Source: Amoebophrya sp. A120 (taxonomy: Eukaryota > Protista > Dinoflagellata). Taken from it: 64,000 nucleotides of DNA. The DNA is taken from contig CAJINV010000002.1 in the NCBI GenBank assembly GCA_905178155.1, positions 634,422-698,421 of the forward strand, written 5' to 3'. Numbering within the stretch: position 1 is the stretch's first letter; every line of letters begins with the position of its first letter. A program made the translations under genes and the position numbers. Shown here in pieces: positions 35,901-45,424 of this stretch. The notes under the pieces are model-generated. The model saw only the letters and a program-made list of their open reading frames with translations, ran no database searches and was not told the origin of the DNA.

Positions 35901-38900
35901 AGCGTACTTCTCTGGAAAAAAAACATCGGCTCTGGGCAAAAAAAAAACGCTCTGAGAAAAAACTACTCCTCTCTTGCGAAGAGGAAAAAAAAAGACACGA
36001 TAGCAGCGAAAACAAAAATCAAAGAAGGGAGGTGGAACCCTGGACCGGGAAAACGCACAGACAAGAAAACACCGGCGAAGCAACGCAGTCCCTGGGTCTA
36101 CCTAGTAAAAAAAACGTCGCTCTTGCCGAAGGGCTGCGCTAGGTAGCGAACCAACACGAGGCTAGCGCCCCTCCAATGACATACGAAAACAAAGTAGCGG
36201 ACCCCTCCAATCACATACGAAAACTGGCGGATCCATGCGTGACGCAAGGACCACTTTTACTTTACTTTAGGACATACAGACATTAGCTCCTGGCTCTGTA
36301 ACTCACGGACAGAAACAGGCACAGGAAAGCGATAGTAATCGCCTCGCTTCAATTTGTTGCGGCGCGACACGGGCGGCCTCAGATGAAATAAGGTTTTCAA
36401 CTTACACTTAGTATACAGCGGAGTTCTTTCGAGTGGTGCCCGGTGCATCTCTTTTCCTTCGGTAGTGCCGCCCTTTCTTTTTCAGAATTTTTTTGCGATC
36501 GAGGGCAGAAGCAGAGCTTTTTATTACTAAGCTTTTCCATTGGTAGGCTTGCTGCGATGGATTCGCTTTCAGTTAGTTTTGTTTTCGTGAAATCAAATTC
36601 AATCATTGGTAAACTCATTGGTATCAATCTTAAACCGATATGAAAACTCGTGCTAAGCGACACAGATATTTTTTGCTGTGTCTATTGTGGGCGAGCACGA
36701 CTATCAACCCACCTATTCCTATTTTGTAAACTTCGAGTCGCGATTTTTCTGCTATTCTAACATACTTCGACCACCAATAAACTATAGGCATGGCGTCACC
36801 TTATTAATTTTGTTCATCACCCAGATGGAGTTGCTTGCTTTTCGTAATTTACATACTTTTTTTTTCACATATAGCGCCACTCTTCTCATGATCCACTGCG
36901 CCGCTTCTTGCCGCTCTGTTCCGCCGCCCCCGCCACTTCTTGCTCCGCTTGTTGTGGCCGCTTCGGCGACCCGGTGCTGGAAGACGCGCGCCGGTACAAC
37001 AAGTCGACGATACCTGTGGAAGCAGGGGAGTCGTCCATTGCTTAGCACCGACCACATCCTGGAGCTCAGGAGCAGCGCCATGCAGCTTATTCATAGACTA
37101 CTAAAATAAATTTGCTTTTCTAAGTAATGTCTCTTTCTACATGATGAATAGGCCAAAAACAACCAAGGTAGTTTTAGCACCTTCCACCGCCCGCTCAAAG
37201 AGGAGCACTCCCTCGTCCGATATCGCGAGCGCATGCGCCTCCAACTCCACGAGGAAGGGGCGCAGGATGGGGGCGGACATCTCCACTACGTCGGCCAGGT
37301 CTGCCTCCGGGAGATGCGGTGTGCGAAACCGCCGCTGGATCATGTTGATCAGATCCGCCAGCACGACATCGTCCGCCACGGTCGGAACCTGTTTGGTAGT
37401 TTTTTTTCCGAAGATAGAAGGGCAGCGCGTACGCTGCTTTCATGTCTAGTAAGTAACTTACTATGAAACGCAAGCAATAAATGTGGAGCTCTGACATGCA
37501 AGTTAGTAGCTCTTTCATGTGGAGTTCTGAAACATAAGGAATAAAGCCTTTTCATGCTGTTTCTGTCATACGAGTGCAAATGCAGAAAGATACCCCGCCC
37601 GGGTAGGAGCGCGCTGCGAGCCCGGGTAGGAGCGCGGGTAGGAGCGTTGCGATCCCGGGTAGGAGCGCGTCAAGTGCGCCGCCGACCTGGGAAGAGTGTG
37701 AGAGTGAGTCAATTTATTATGGCTCAGTTTGACCACAACAATGTAAAAAGTAAGCGAAAAACACATGCAAAAGTTTATTGCTTGATGCAAAAAAAAGCGA
37801 CGCAAATCAATATAAATATTAAAAAACGAAGTGAGTCACAACTTTTGTCGAAAGTGCAAAGTTAGTAGCATGCTGCTAATGTCCCGACCAAGCAACGCGT
37901 CGTGGATCAATGACCTATGCCGAACGAAAAGAAAGAAGCAGGGAACAGATAGGTGAAATTAATATACTTCATACCATCAATCCGCCCTCCTCCTGCAAAT
38001 TACGCACTTCCACCGCAGAGCCTGCCGACGCCGAGTCCTCGTCGCGTACCTCGGGAAACGGCGGCGCGATGTACGCGAGGCCGATCGGATCGCCCAATCC
38101 GGCATCAGAGGGTGTATCTTCTCCAGGGGCGGGACAATCCGCGCTCAACGAACGCGGACGCGTGCTCGTGGCTTGCAGCTGCACGATGACGCACTTGTTC
38201 AGGGTGCACGCGTTTAGGTTCACGCTCATTTTATGTTGTTTTTTTTTAGAAAAGGAAGATGGATGGATCTAGCTGCTAGAGGTAGAGCCAATTTATATTC
38301 AGAAAACGAAGATCTAGCGGCGAGAGGTTGAGAAAAGGAGCATCTATTTGCGAGAGTAGCTACCAAATAAATTTATTATTATTGCGCGGCCCTGCATAAG
38401 CGAAAGTAACAGCGATGCTATTCTAAACGAAAACGCAGCATCAGGCCGGCCATTGCCAGAGCGTGCCCAGGATGCTGCTGCTATTAACAAATAAATTTGC
38501 ATAAGCGGTCGGGCTGAATCAAAAAAAGAACCGACGCATGCGCTAATCAATGCCGGGTTGAAAAAACAAAAAGTGGCCAAGCACTTGGACTGCATTGGAT
38601 TTCTAGCATAACATGGGGCTTGGCGTGCCGGAACTTTGGGAGTGCAGCCGGTTTTTTTCATGAATTAAAAAAGCTCGACCACGCTTACTGTACTAGTAGA
38701 GGCGGCCATCAAGAGTCAATGCTTGCACTCCGCCCGCGATACCTGACACGGACGTTCCCGGGCCTAACATACAAAACATCCATGCCTGGCGGTGCAAAAA
38801 AAGCGGGCTGACATACAACCAGTCCAGACGATGAAAAAAAACGGCGCTGGCAACGACGGCGAAAGACGATAGAAAAAACGCGGTCGTAGACGATGAAAAA

Positions 38901-41900
38901 AGTACACTTTGTGACGCTGTTGCAGATATGACGCCTATCACTTTTATTATGGTCCAAGAAACAACGCACAAGCTCTCTATCCACCAAAAAAATTCTCACT
39001 TCTACGGTCCAAGAAACAACGCACAGGATCTGTATCCACAAAACCAAAGGCACGACGGAGAACATCGAATTTCTTTGTAATGCGGGGGGACAGATGGATT
39101 CGTGAGCTGAGAAGGATGGACTCATTTGCTTCTTTCTGTTTTCTGCTGCTGAGCTCGAGAGCGAGAAGTGAGCTAGTTAGTTTGTCGCACGTAGTGCGCT
39201 GTGGATCGCATTCAGGCTGTTCATTTTCATTTTTCTTGTCACTCGCTCGAGCTTGGTTTTTCAGATCAAGAACTGCAGCGGGTGATCAGCGAGCTTGTTT
39301 TTTCAGATCAAGGCTGCGCCTAATATCAAGGACACAAGTCACAGCTGCTGCCGCTGATGCTAAGCTGCGCCATCGGATTCATTTGACACAATGACGGCGA
39401 GGGTGTGGGTTTGTTTCTGTGGTTAGCCCAAAGTAAGACACGTTTCTTTGCACGCTTCTCAGCCTCAGCCACCAAGTCAATCAATAAAGCGCGGCGCGCT
39501 ACTAGCAAAAATTGCAGAAATAAACTGTAGCTGGTGTTTGCGCGTCGCATATCACTCTGAATCAAGCGGGCGCGCAATTGCTTTCGCCTTCTGTTTGTCA
39601 AGCATCGCTGTGAAGATTTCGGTGCCGAGAATGAATGCCGCGGCTGTTCGACTTTGCGACGGACCCGAACGGCAAACCTCGTGGTTGTAATAAGTTTATG
39701 AATCAACTTGCGACGCAAAGAAATTCATTCCCATTCTCATAGTTTCTCATGCATGATGATAATTCAACGGGCTTCAATAAAGCGCGCTATCTCAAAACAT
39801 AATCTCGGTACCGCTCTTAGCTCGATTCGTGTTGTCGTGGATGCGTTTTCGAACTCGAAATCTTCAGCACCGCATAGGCTTGGTGAATCGCTTCCATGCT
39901 TCGTCCGGCCTCGGAGTTCGGTCGTTGGTTTTCCGTCCGGTTGCCGATTGTGCTGCGAAACTGCAAACGGTTTTCTGGAAATCTCGAAGCCATCTACTTC
40001 GAATCGATTCCAAATGAATCTGTTTGACTGTCGAGGAATTCCATAGTATGCGGATTTTTCCACGCCATTGCGCCCATTCCACGCCGACAACATATTCCGA
40101 CGCTGTTGCCCGCTAAAACGTACCTGCACCGCGCCCATACGCCCCGATTTGTTTTATTTCCGCGGAATTTTTGTTTCCGCTGGAGCCCTCTTCCGATTCA
40201 CAATTCCGCGGCTCTGCGTCAGCCGCGAATCCACAAAAACACTTAGGTTTCACTTAGGTTTTACTTAGGATTCACTTAGGCCAACACTTAGGTTTATCGA
40301 GAAAAACCATTACTAACATTTTTTAAAGCCGACCCTGACTATGCAAGAGCAGCAAGACAAATTATTTTCTGTTCCACAATGAGCATCAGAAGTTGTTTGC
40401 ATTCTTCCAGATAATTACCCAGATTGACGATATTTGCATTTGATAGTCGCCATCAGTGTCGTACATGCCAGCCAGGTCGTTCGAGCTGAGCGTATATCAA
40501 ATGCAAAAATGTCTGGGTCTGGAAACTTGTGATGCTGCGTCGCGAATAGGGAGTGCTCTGTAATGCACAGCCAAGCATGAGAAATATCTGCGCTTCTTTG
40601 TGTTGCGTTTTTCGCATGACAAACTGCGTTTTTGCATGACAGGCAAAAGGGTTTCTTCTTGGACACGCATCACAAACTTTTTGGTCATCCCAGACAAGCA
40701 TGACAAATCTCGCAGTCTTCCAGACCCAGACATTTTTGCATTTGATAGCGTATCGTGATGGCCGACTTGCCCCATCAAGTGCGCTTTGGGTTATGGATTG
40801 CAAAAGTACTATCGGGGTAGTACTATTAATTGCAATACAAATTGGGTCAGCATTACAAATCCAATTTGTAATGCGGATTAACCTTCTCGTTCTCCTTCAC
40901 AACTGAATTTCGTACTTAAATGCATAGCTGCAATGAGTGCGAGTACGACCCTTTTGCAATTCATACGAATGAGGCCGCGACAAATTCGTCCGGACTAAAC
41001 TTGTCATTCCTTCTATGGGAGTGCACAACTCGTCCCCCTCATTTGTGCCGGGGCAGGAGAAGCAATACAAGCATCGGCCTCGACGAGGAGATGAATGCAG
41101 GTTTTGCATGACAAATTCACATCGAAGACTGTAGTGCTGTTTTTGGTCGTCCCGAAAGAACTTGCCATGCGAATCGTGCAAACTGATAGATACTACTACT
41201 ACATGGACCACTGGGCAGTTTGCATGACAAACGAGGGGAAGTAGGGGGAGTTGTTGTCCACTCTCATACGATCCATCCAGCATGTTGATGGGACCGTGGC
41301 GTTCAAAGTCGGTCTCCGTCAGCTCATGATCCGGTCCCGCCATGAGGTGGAAGACATCGGGATCCCCTCCCTTTTCTACCCATTCTTTCTCCGAGACGTG
41401 GCCCGGCGCGCCATATCAAAATGAAACATCCCCCCGCCCAATATAATCAAAATGGAAATCTACGATCATGCGGGATGTGTGTACACAAATCGAATTTGCC
41501 TTGCGGTAGAGGACTGCACGCAGATCCCGAGCCTACTAGGCCGGGGGATTCACTTCGCGTAGGCGTCTAGCATGGCAGACGTCTCCTGCCCTGTAGGCCG
41601 CGGCCTTACAACATGATTACAAACCGCCCGCATAACGCGGCGGGCTCTCTGAATTTGCCGTCTTGCAAGACAGACAGGATTCATCGTGGTCGTTACAAAT
41701 CTGCATCGAAACTTTTATTCTTTGGAAGGATGCGCTTTTATAATAAATATGGAAATGGGGGGATTTTTCCTCACAATACGCCGTCGTCGTTCGCCATGTC
41801 CGACAGGTCGCCCCACGAGAACCGGCCGGCCGGGGCGTGGTTGTCTGCTAGGTTATGGATGAAGTTTGTGTCCGCCTCTTTCTGGTGCTCCACCAGTGCT

Positions 41901-44159
41901 TCGTTGTAGTCCTCCGCAAAGTCGTGACCATATGAGTTGCAAAAGCATCGCGCTAGTATAAATTGCATTACAAATTAGCCCAGCATGAGAAACAAAATTT
42001 GTCATGCGGATATGCCTCGCTGGAAACGATTTGTATTGCATGAACATGATTGCAATTAGTACGACGAGTACGGTACTTTTGCAGTTCATATACCATCGCC
42101 ATCACCAACATGATCCATCCACTCCTGCACATCGCTCTGCGTATGGATGTGTCAGGTTTGAAATCGTCAAAGTTGAATATAATTTGTCATGCATAAAATG
42201 CGATACAAAAAGTGACTCTATTGCAGAGGACCCACGGGAGGCAGATTATAGTCCTGGTAATCGTCAAAAGTTGGACTGCTAACTAGCATGACAGAAGGCA
42301 GCTCTTTTGCCCTAAACCGCATGACAGACTCGCTTCCAGGACCGGGAAAATTTGCCATGCACCGACTACAAACAGTAGGCCTGACTGGTATCCGTTTTAT
42401 GCATGACAAACTATTTCAACTTTGACGATTTCAAACCTGACACATCCATACTGCTGCGCATTGGCGCATTACAGTGAAAAATGCCCCCACGCCGAAACAA
42501 GTTGCAACAATTTGTGATGCGAAGTTTCCAAATGAAAACTTTTTGTTTTGCATGAATGGACCGATGAATCTTTCTGGTGCAGAGTCTAGTCGTACTATAC
42601 AGCGCCATCGCGTGACGCATGACAAGCGCCGCTCTTGCTGGGATCTTTTGCAATACAGATTTTATTTGCCATAAACGATTGAAAATCATCTGTAAAGATG
42701 CTGATAAATGCAAACCGGCGAGTGTTTCCCTTGGAAAGGTTTGCAATACAAATACTCCCAATTGGTTCTGGGGTCGTTGGAGCATTTTTCGTTGTAATAT
42801 GGCGAGGTCGACTATGGAAGCGTCAGGTTTGAAATCGTCAAAGTTGAAATAATTTGTAATGCATGAAATGCATGACCCGAGGCGCGTGTGTTGCAGAGCA
42901 GGCAAGTGAGGCCGATTGTAAGCCTGGTTGGGGTTACAGCTCGAGCTGCTAAAGTAGCATGAGAAAACCACTCTTCTTTGCCTAAACAGCATGACAAGCT
43001 GGATTTAGGGACCGCCGAAATTTGTCATGCGCCACTTGAAAACTGGGCTCCAACTGGCATCCATTCTATGCATGACAAATTATTTCAACTTTGTCGATTT
43101 CAACTCTGACACATCCATATCGACATCTGGATGCATGTACTCGTTAAGCGCGTATGAATTGCAAAAGTATCGCACTTGTACTAATCGCATTTATGCATTG
43201 CAAATTTCTTTGCCAAGTTAGATCCGCATTACAAATGTCATTTCCCATGTTGCTGAGGAAATTTGTCATGCGTTTTATACTACTTAGTGCGATACCTTTG
43301 TATTGCATAGCGCGTCTTCGAAGGCAACTTTCTGCTCCGCGTCCATGTATGGATTGCAAATACGTCTGCGTCTGCGAGAGAATTGCCAGGTTTGTCATGC
43401 ATATTGCGTACGACGACCCATGATGCCTGTCTGTCACGCATGATGACCTAGCATCACAGATTTATTTTAGAGGGTATTTCAGCTGCTGCTTATTCCGCAT
43501 GACCAATTCCCTCTCCGCGCGGCACAAACTGGATCTCTCGGATCTCTCTTGCTGGTCATGCAATACAGATTTTTTTACAATCGAGAGACAGCATGACAAG
43601 TTCCAACATTCTTTCCAGACCCAGATCGATTATATTTGCATGTATCATAGCATGTTGCTCAAGTCGACCTCGTTGTCATTTCCCACAACGTCTCCCCAAG
43701 AGCCTAGATTATCATCATTACCGAAGTCGGGGAGGGTAATGTCGAAATCCTCGAGAGCGCGGCAGAAGAATGTCGGAAGCAGCAGTAGCTGCCCGCGGGA
43801 GGTCGCGGGCATGATCATGATGCGAGCGACGTCTACTACGCAGAAAAAAAGCAGGAAGATGGTGGCAACCGTCGAGACATATCCAAGAAAAAAACTGTGT
43901 TAGTGTAACTCTCTTTGGCTGACAGAATTACAGATGCGCTCCATGACAGAGAAAACCTGATATGCGTGGCTTGTAAGGGACAACACAGATGGAAAGAAGA
44001 CTTGATGGCTGTCTGGCATGACAAGTGTAACAGTTTTGCGTCTTCTGCATCACAGATTTACACTCACATAGTTTTTTTCTTGGATAAGACAGCTTGCACT
44101 ACTAGTGGCGTTTCATCCTCCACCCGTGGACGACCCTTTTTCCGCCGCCGTTTTCTCAT
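8925..44159 (-). CDS. Multi-EF-hand calcium-binding protein with an N-terminal hydrophobic segment; about 30 short exons; one intron contains the 25.7-kb transposon
   Basis: ATG 44159 gives MRKRRRKK...VSTVATIFLLFFCVVDV. Spliced EF-hand loops DTDGD|GKLSLDE (40450|14477) and DEDGDGK|IGERE (13778|13490), plus repeats GHVSEKEWVEKGGDPDVF and DLDNRLSYEE. The 3' exons and stop near 8925 are approximate. Confidence 0.7.
9489..13777. mobile_element. Introner cluster in the 3' part of the EF-hand gene
   Basis: A: 9489-9758, 10408-10730 (DR CGGTG), 11321-11590 (GTTCC), 11905-12477 with nested 12201-12452 (CGGCA). C: 10041-10356. B: 12550-12717. H: 12757-13041 (ACGTT), 13086-13432 (GAGAT), 13496-13777. 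Confidence 0.8.
14639..14690 (+). repeat. Left TIR of the giant transposon
   Basis: TACTAGTGGATTTTCTCAATAAAGGATTATTTGGCCTAAGTGATTCCTAAGT aligns to the reverse complement of the right end, TAGTAATGGTTTTTCTCGATAAACCTAAGTGTTGGCCTAAGTGAATCCTAAGT. Confidence 0.85.
15931..17064 (-). CDS. Intronless 377-aa cargo protein; possibly a divergent 5-hmdU DNA kinase helical-domain / aGPT-Pplase1-like protein
   Basis: Clean ATG-to-stop ORF. Ordered motifs FFFVEER, SDDPRL, CGVWTASKF, FGGGPRRTLNLCF and YLCEFSR recall that family; matched by eye only. Confidence 0.5.
   Translation of the reverse strand: MAGTGTPRDVLFAPEADHFWPLFFFVEERWCNFLLRLEKDPEAATLSPPAGETIIVPVYRKLGCWETSDDPRLDGDVIRDEVTITGEAVDSWCATKGRAENSDSVAVRRLQLINRTVKSSRTAWQDRVRTTLVCCWEMSVNFISDLEEWFPGTGHISASQFETAAKALMRVPENAGRYWKKDQYWRSKESEKYVAAAETELWSQLDDKAARFKKRGRNGEKVEKNDLVKEAVDCCGVWTASKFILWMQGSYDLDRDPEAERLPGCLRVASKSTLVFGGGPRRTLNLCFRPDYPNVATTATKKKCDLQFFSDNALEFFVRMRTRMTKNPEAAPNCRKVFDVRRGENWTGNDLRDKILYTSYLCEFSRCWKHLTAGLKR
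19456..26213 (-). CDS. Large multi-exon cargo gene (or two adjacent genes) of unknown function, with E/Q-rich and K-rich low-complexity tracts
   Basis: Co-oriented ORFs join in frame across introners 22901-23162 (SGF|YMEQ), 20366-20515 (HW|EEFDN) and 24482-24726, and across GT-AG introns (e.g. ~20586-20885). Candidate ATG 26213 (MAWKF); the 5' exon linkage is not fully resolved. Confidence 0.55.
20366..20515. mobile_element. Introner, family B, inside transposon cargo gene
   Basis: TATGAACTGCAAAAG...CTTTTGCACAGGATA; DR GCCAG/CCCAG. Confidence 0.88.
22901..23162. mobile_element. Introner, family A, inside transposon cargo gene
   Basis: Family A TIR; DR AAGCC. Confidence 0.88.
24482..24726. 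mobile_element. Introner, family A, inside transposon cargo gene
   Basis: Family A TIR; DR ATCAG/GTCAG. Confidence 0.85.
26930..28930. repeat. Low-complexity region of periodic A/T tracts, including a ~425-bp degenerate duplication
   Basis: Repeating TTTTCGCAAG/TTTTGCCA and AAAACGCAAAA tracts; 28093-28290 resembles 28518-28710. Confidence 0.8.
27408..27635. repeat. Central inverted array of the 11-bp terminal motif
   Basis: 6 x CCTAAGTnnnn (27408-27473), a short spacer, then 6 + 5 x ACTTAGGTTTG (27497-27558, 27585-27635). Confidence 0.95.
29358..34348 (-). CDS. hAT-like DDE transposase, ~1,518 aa, with a long C-terminal extension; 2 introner introns
   Basis: Three ORFs fuse in frame after removing 33281-33547 (GTTT|KLDMPL) and 31651-31807 (QKF|KEEMDK). 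Motifs in hAT order: VDGT (~34002), GDGA (~33711), CDEH (CxxH, ~33605), PTHQRW (~32893), PRTQATAE (~32158). The start may extend upstream via a GT-AG intron at 34351-34532. Confidence 0.75.
31651..31807. mobile_element. Introner, family B, inside the transposase gene
   Basis: TATGAAGTGCAAAAG...CTTTTGCACAGGATA; DR TAAAC. Confidence 0.9.
33281..33547. mobile_element. Introner, family A, inside the transposase gene
   Basis: TATCCAGTGCAAAAGCGTCTGGGTCTGGAA...TTCCAGACCCCGAAC...GCAATGCATA; DR CGTCG/CGTTG. Confidence 0.88.
34533..35290 (-). CDS. Basic/Ser-rich coding segment; probably an upstream exon pair of the transposase, or a separate gene
   Basis: The frame is open across introner 34881-35150 (DR CTCAC; AGGE|PPAP). 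No ATG was found in this frame. Confidence 0.35.
37600..37669. repeat. Short direct repeats CGGGTAGGAGCG x4
   Basis: Seen directly in the sequence. Confidence 0.85.
38951..39045. repeat. ~40-bp direct repeat x2
   Basis: GGTCCAAGAAACAACGCACA...TATCCAC.AAAA twice. Confidence 0.8.
40240..40315 (-). repeat. Right TIR and subterminal repeats of the giant transposon
   Basis: 5 x ACTTAGG, then TTTATCGAGAAAAACCATTACTA, then the TSD ACATTTTT. Confidence 0.85.
40495..44086. mobile_element. Introner cluster in the 5' part of the EF-hand gene (11 elements)
   Basis: 40495-40747 (DR GCGTA), 40792-40965, 41014-41268, 41414-41778, 41931-42090, 42142-42450, 42467-42799 (TGGCG), 42813-43119 (TCGAC), 43153-43309 (GCGCG), 43348-43649, 43880-44086 (AGACA). 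Confidence 0.85.
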
Positions 44160-45424
44160 CTTGATTTAGGAGGAGAGACGATGGACCAAGTTCACGAGTT
44201 GAGATGACATCTCAATGAATGTATCATTTTTATCGGCACTGCATAATGGTCTTTGACATTCAGATTCAGCACAAGTGCGAAAGATGAAAAAGATTTGTTT
44301 TTGTTATACTGGTAAGAAGTACAACTTCGGCACCATCTTCACGCTATTGACGCATGCTACACTTCTTTCCCGCGCCACCGACGTCGTAACTCGCACGCAG
44401 AAGTTGTGCCCCGATTTGCAGCAGGCCGCTTGTTGTAATGATACCGTGGAGCTGCTCTCTACTCGTTTGATGGACACGTCGCCACTTTTTGCGTCCCACG
44501 CTCAACGAAAAGTACCAATTGCAGGAGCCCGCTCCTCGCTCATCAAAACCAATTGTAATTCCTATTGCACCACCGGAGCTCTACCTCACAATGAAATGCT
44601 TTCTCAAGTAGAACAGGAGAGCCAAAGCTTCTCTCACCCTTTGCCGTGTGATGGCGACCGCATGGAAATGGAAATGGAAATGGAAAGGGGTCCTGAAGAA
44701 ACGCGTCGCTCGTTGTTTTCCCCGGAGGTGGCTAATAGTTCGACACGATTCAGTTTGTTCGCCAGCCTGGTGGCTGGGTACAAAATTTCTCTTCCCCGTT
44801 ATACGGTAATCGTCGTGGTACCCATACTACAGCCCTGCAATGGATTAATAATTTTATCTACTGAAGATTTTATTTAAGATGGGTTAATACACTGCTGAAG
44901 AAACGTGGTCGCTGGCATCTATACAATCGATTTACTTGCAAGTTCGAGTTGTTATTCTTTGTCTTAGAATACATCAAAATTTCCCAAAGGATAAGGAGGT
45001 ATCCTAGGCAACACAAAATCGAGTTTCTTATGCCTCTCCACTACGATAAATGATAAAGGGCTACTTACTGTGCCTGTCCAAAAATGATTCAACTTTTTCG
45101 CGTCTCTGCTACTTAAAAGGAAAGAAATCAGATCAAAACAACAGTGCTGTATTTTCAAAAAAACTGTAGAAATAGCCCTAATAAAATTGTAATTTGGTCG
45201 TGCTAGAAATGCTTGTGAAGAAACAATTGAAACAATAACACCCGTTGAAATTAACCCAATTAAGTGTAGCGCCAGTAAGCGCTTGAGCTTGACTGCACTC
45301 AAGTGCGCGGCTCCTATCAAGGCATGTGTAGTTGTGCCCGCAAGTATTGGTACTTTTGAAAAAGTTTTACTGGAAAGATACATGTTGGCTTTTTTGACGT
45401 CCCTCCCACACCTCCTTTTTTTTC

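Larger units (their letters stand above)
14639..40315 (-). mobile_element. Giant (25,677 bp) hAT-like DNA transposon with cargo genes
   Basis: 8-bp TSD ACATTTTT (14631-14638, 40316-40323); imperfect TIRs; subterminal CCTAAGT repeats; internal DDE transposase. Confidence 0.85.
14483..40445. mobile_element. Degenerate family A introner split by the giant transposon (left part 14483-14638, right part 40324-40445)
   Basis: Left CATCAAGGGGAAAATATCGATCTGGGTCATCTGGAAG; right CTTCCAGATAATTACCCAGATTGACGATATTTGCATTTGATA; DR GTTGC/GTCGC. The rejoined size of 278 bp matches family A, and removal restores an EF-hand loop. Confidence 0.8.

Noticed and set aside
35437-39900. Additional cargo genes in the transposon's right arm (e.g. 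37137-37379)
   Set aside because: Only short ORFs with no motif or verifiable junction; possible but unsupported.
14639-40315. Polinton/virophage or other endogenous virus
   Set aside because: No recognisable pPolB, capsid, packaging ATPase or rve integrase motifs; the TSD is 8 bp and the genes are spliced.
40328-40337. CAGGGTCGGC (minus strand) as the hAT terminus
   Set aside because: It has no matching left end or TSD, while 14639/40315 gives both.
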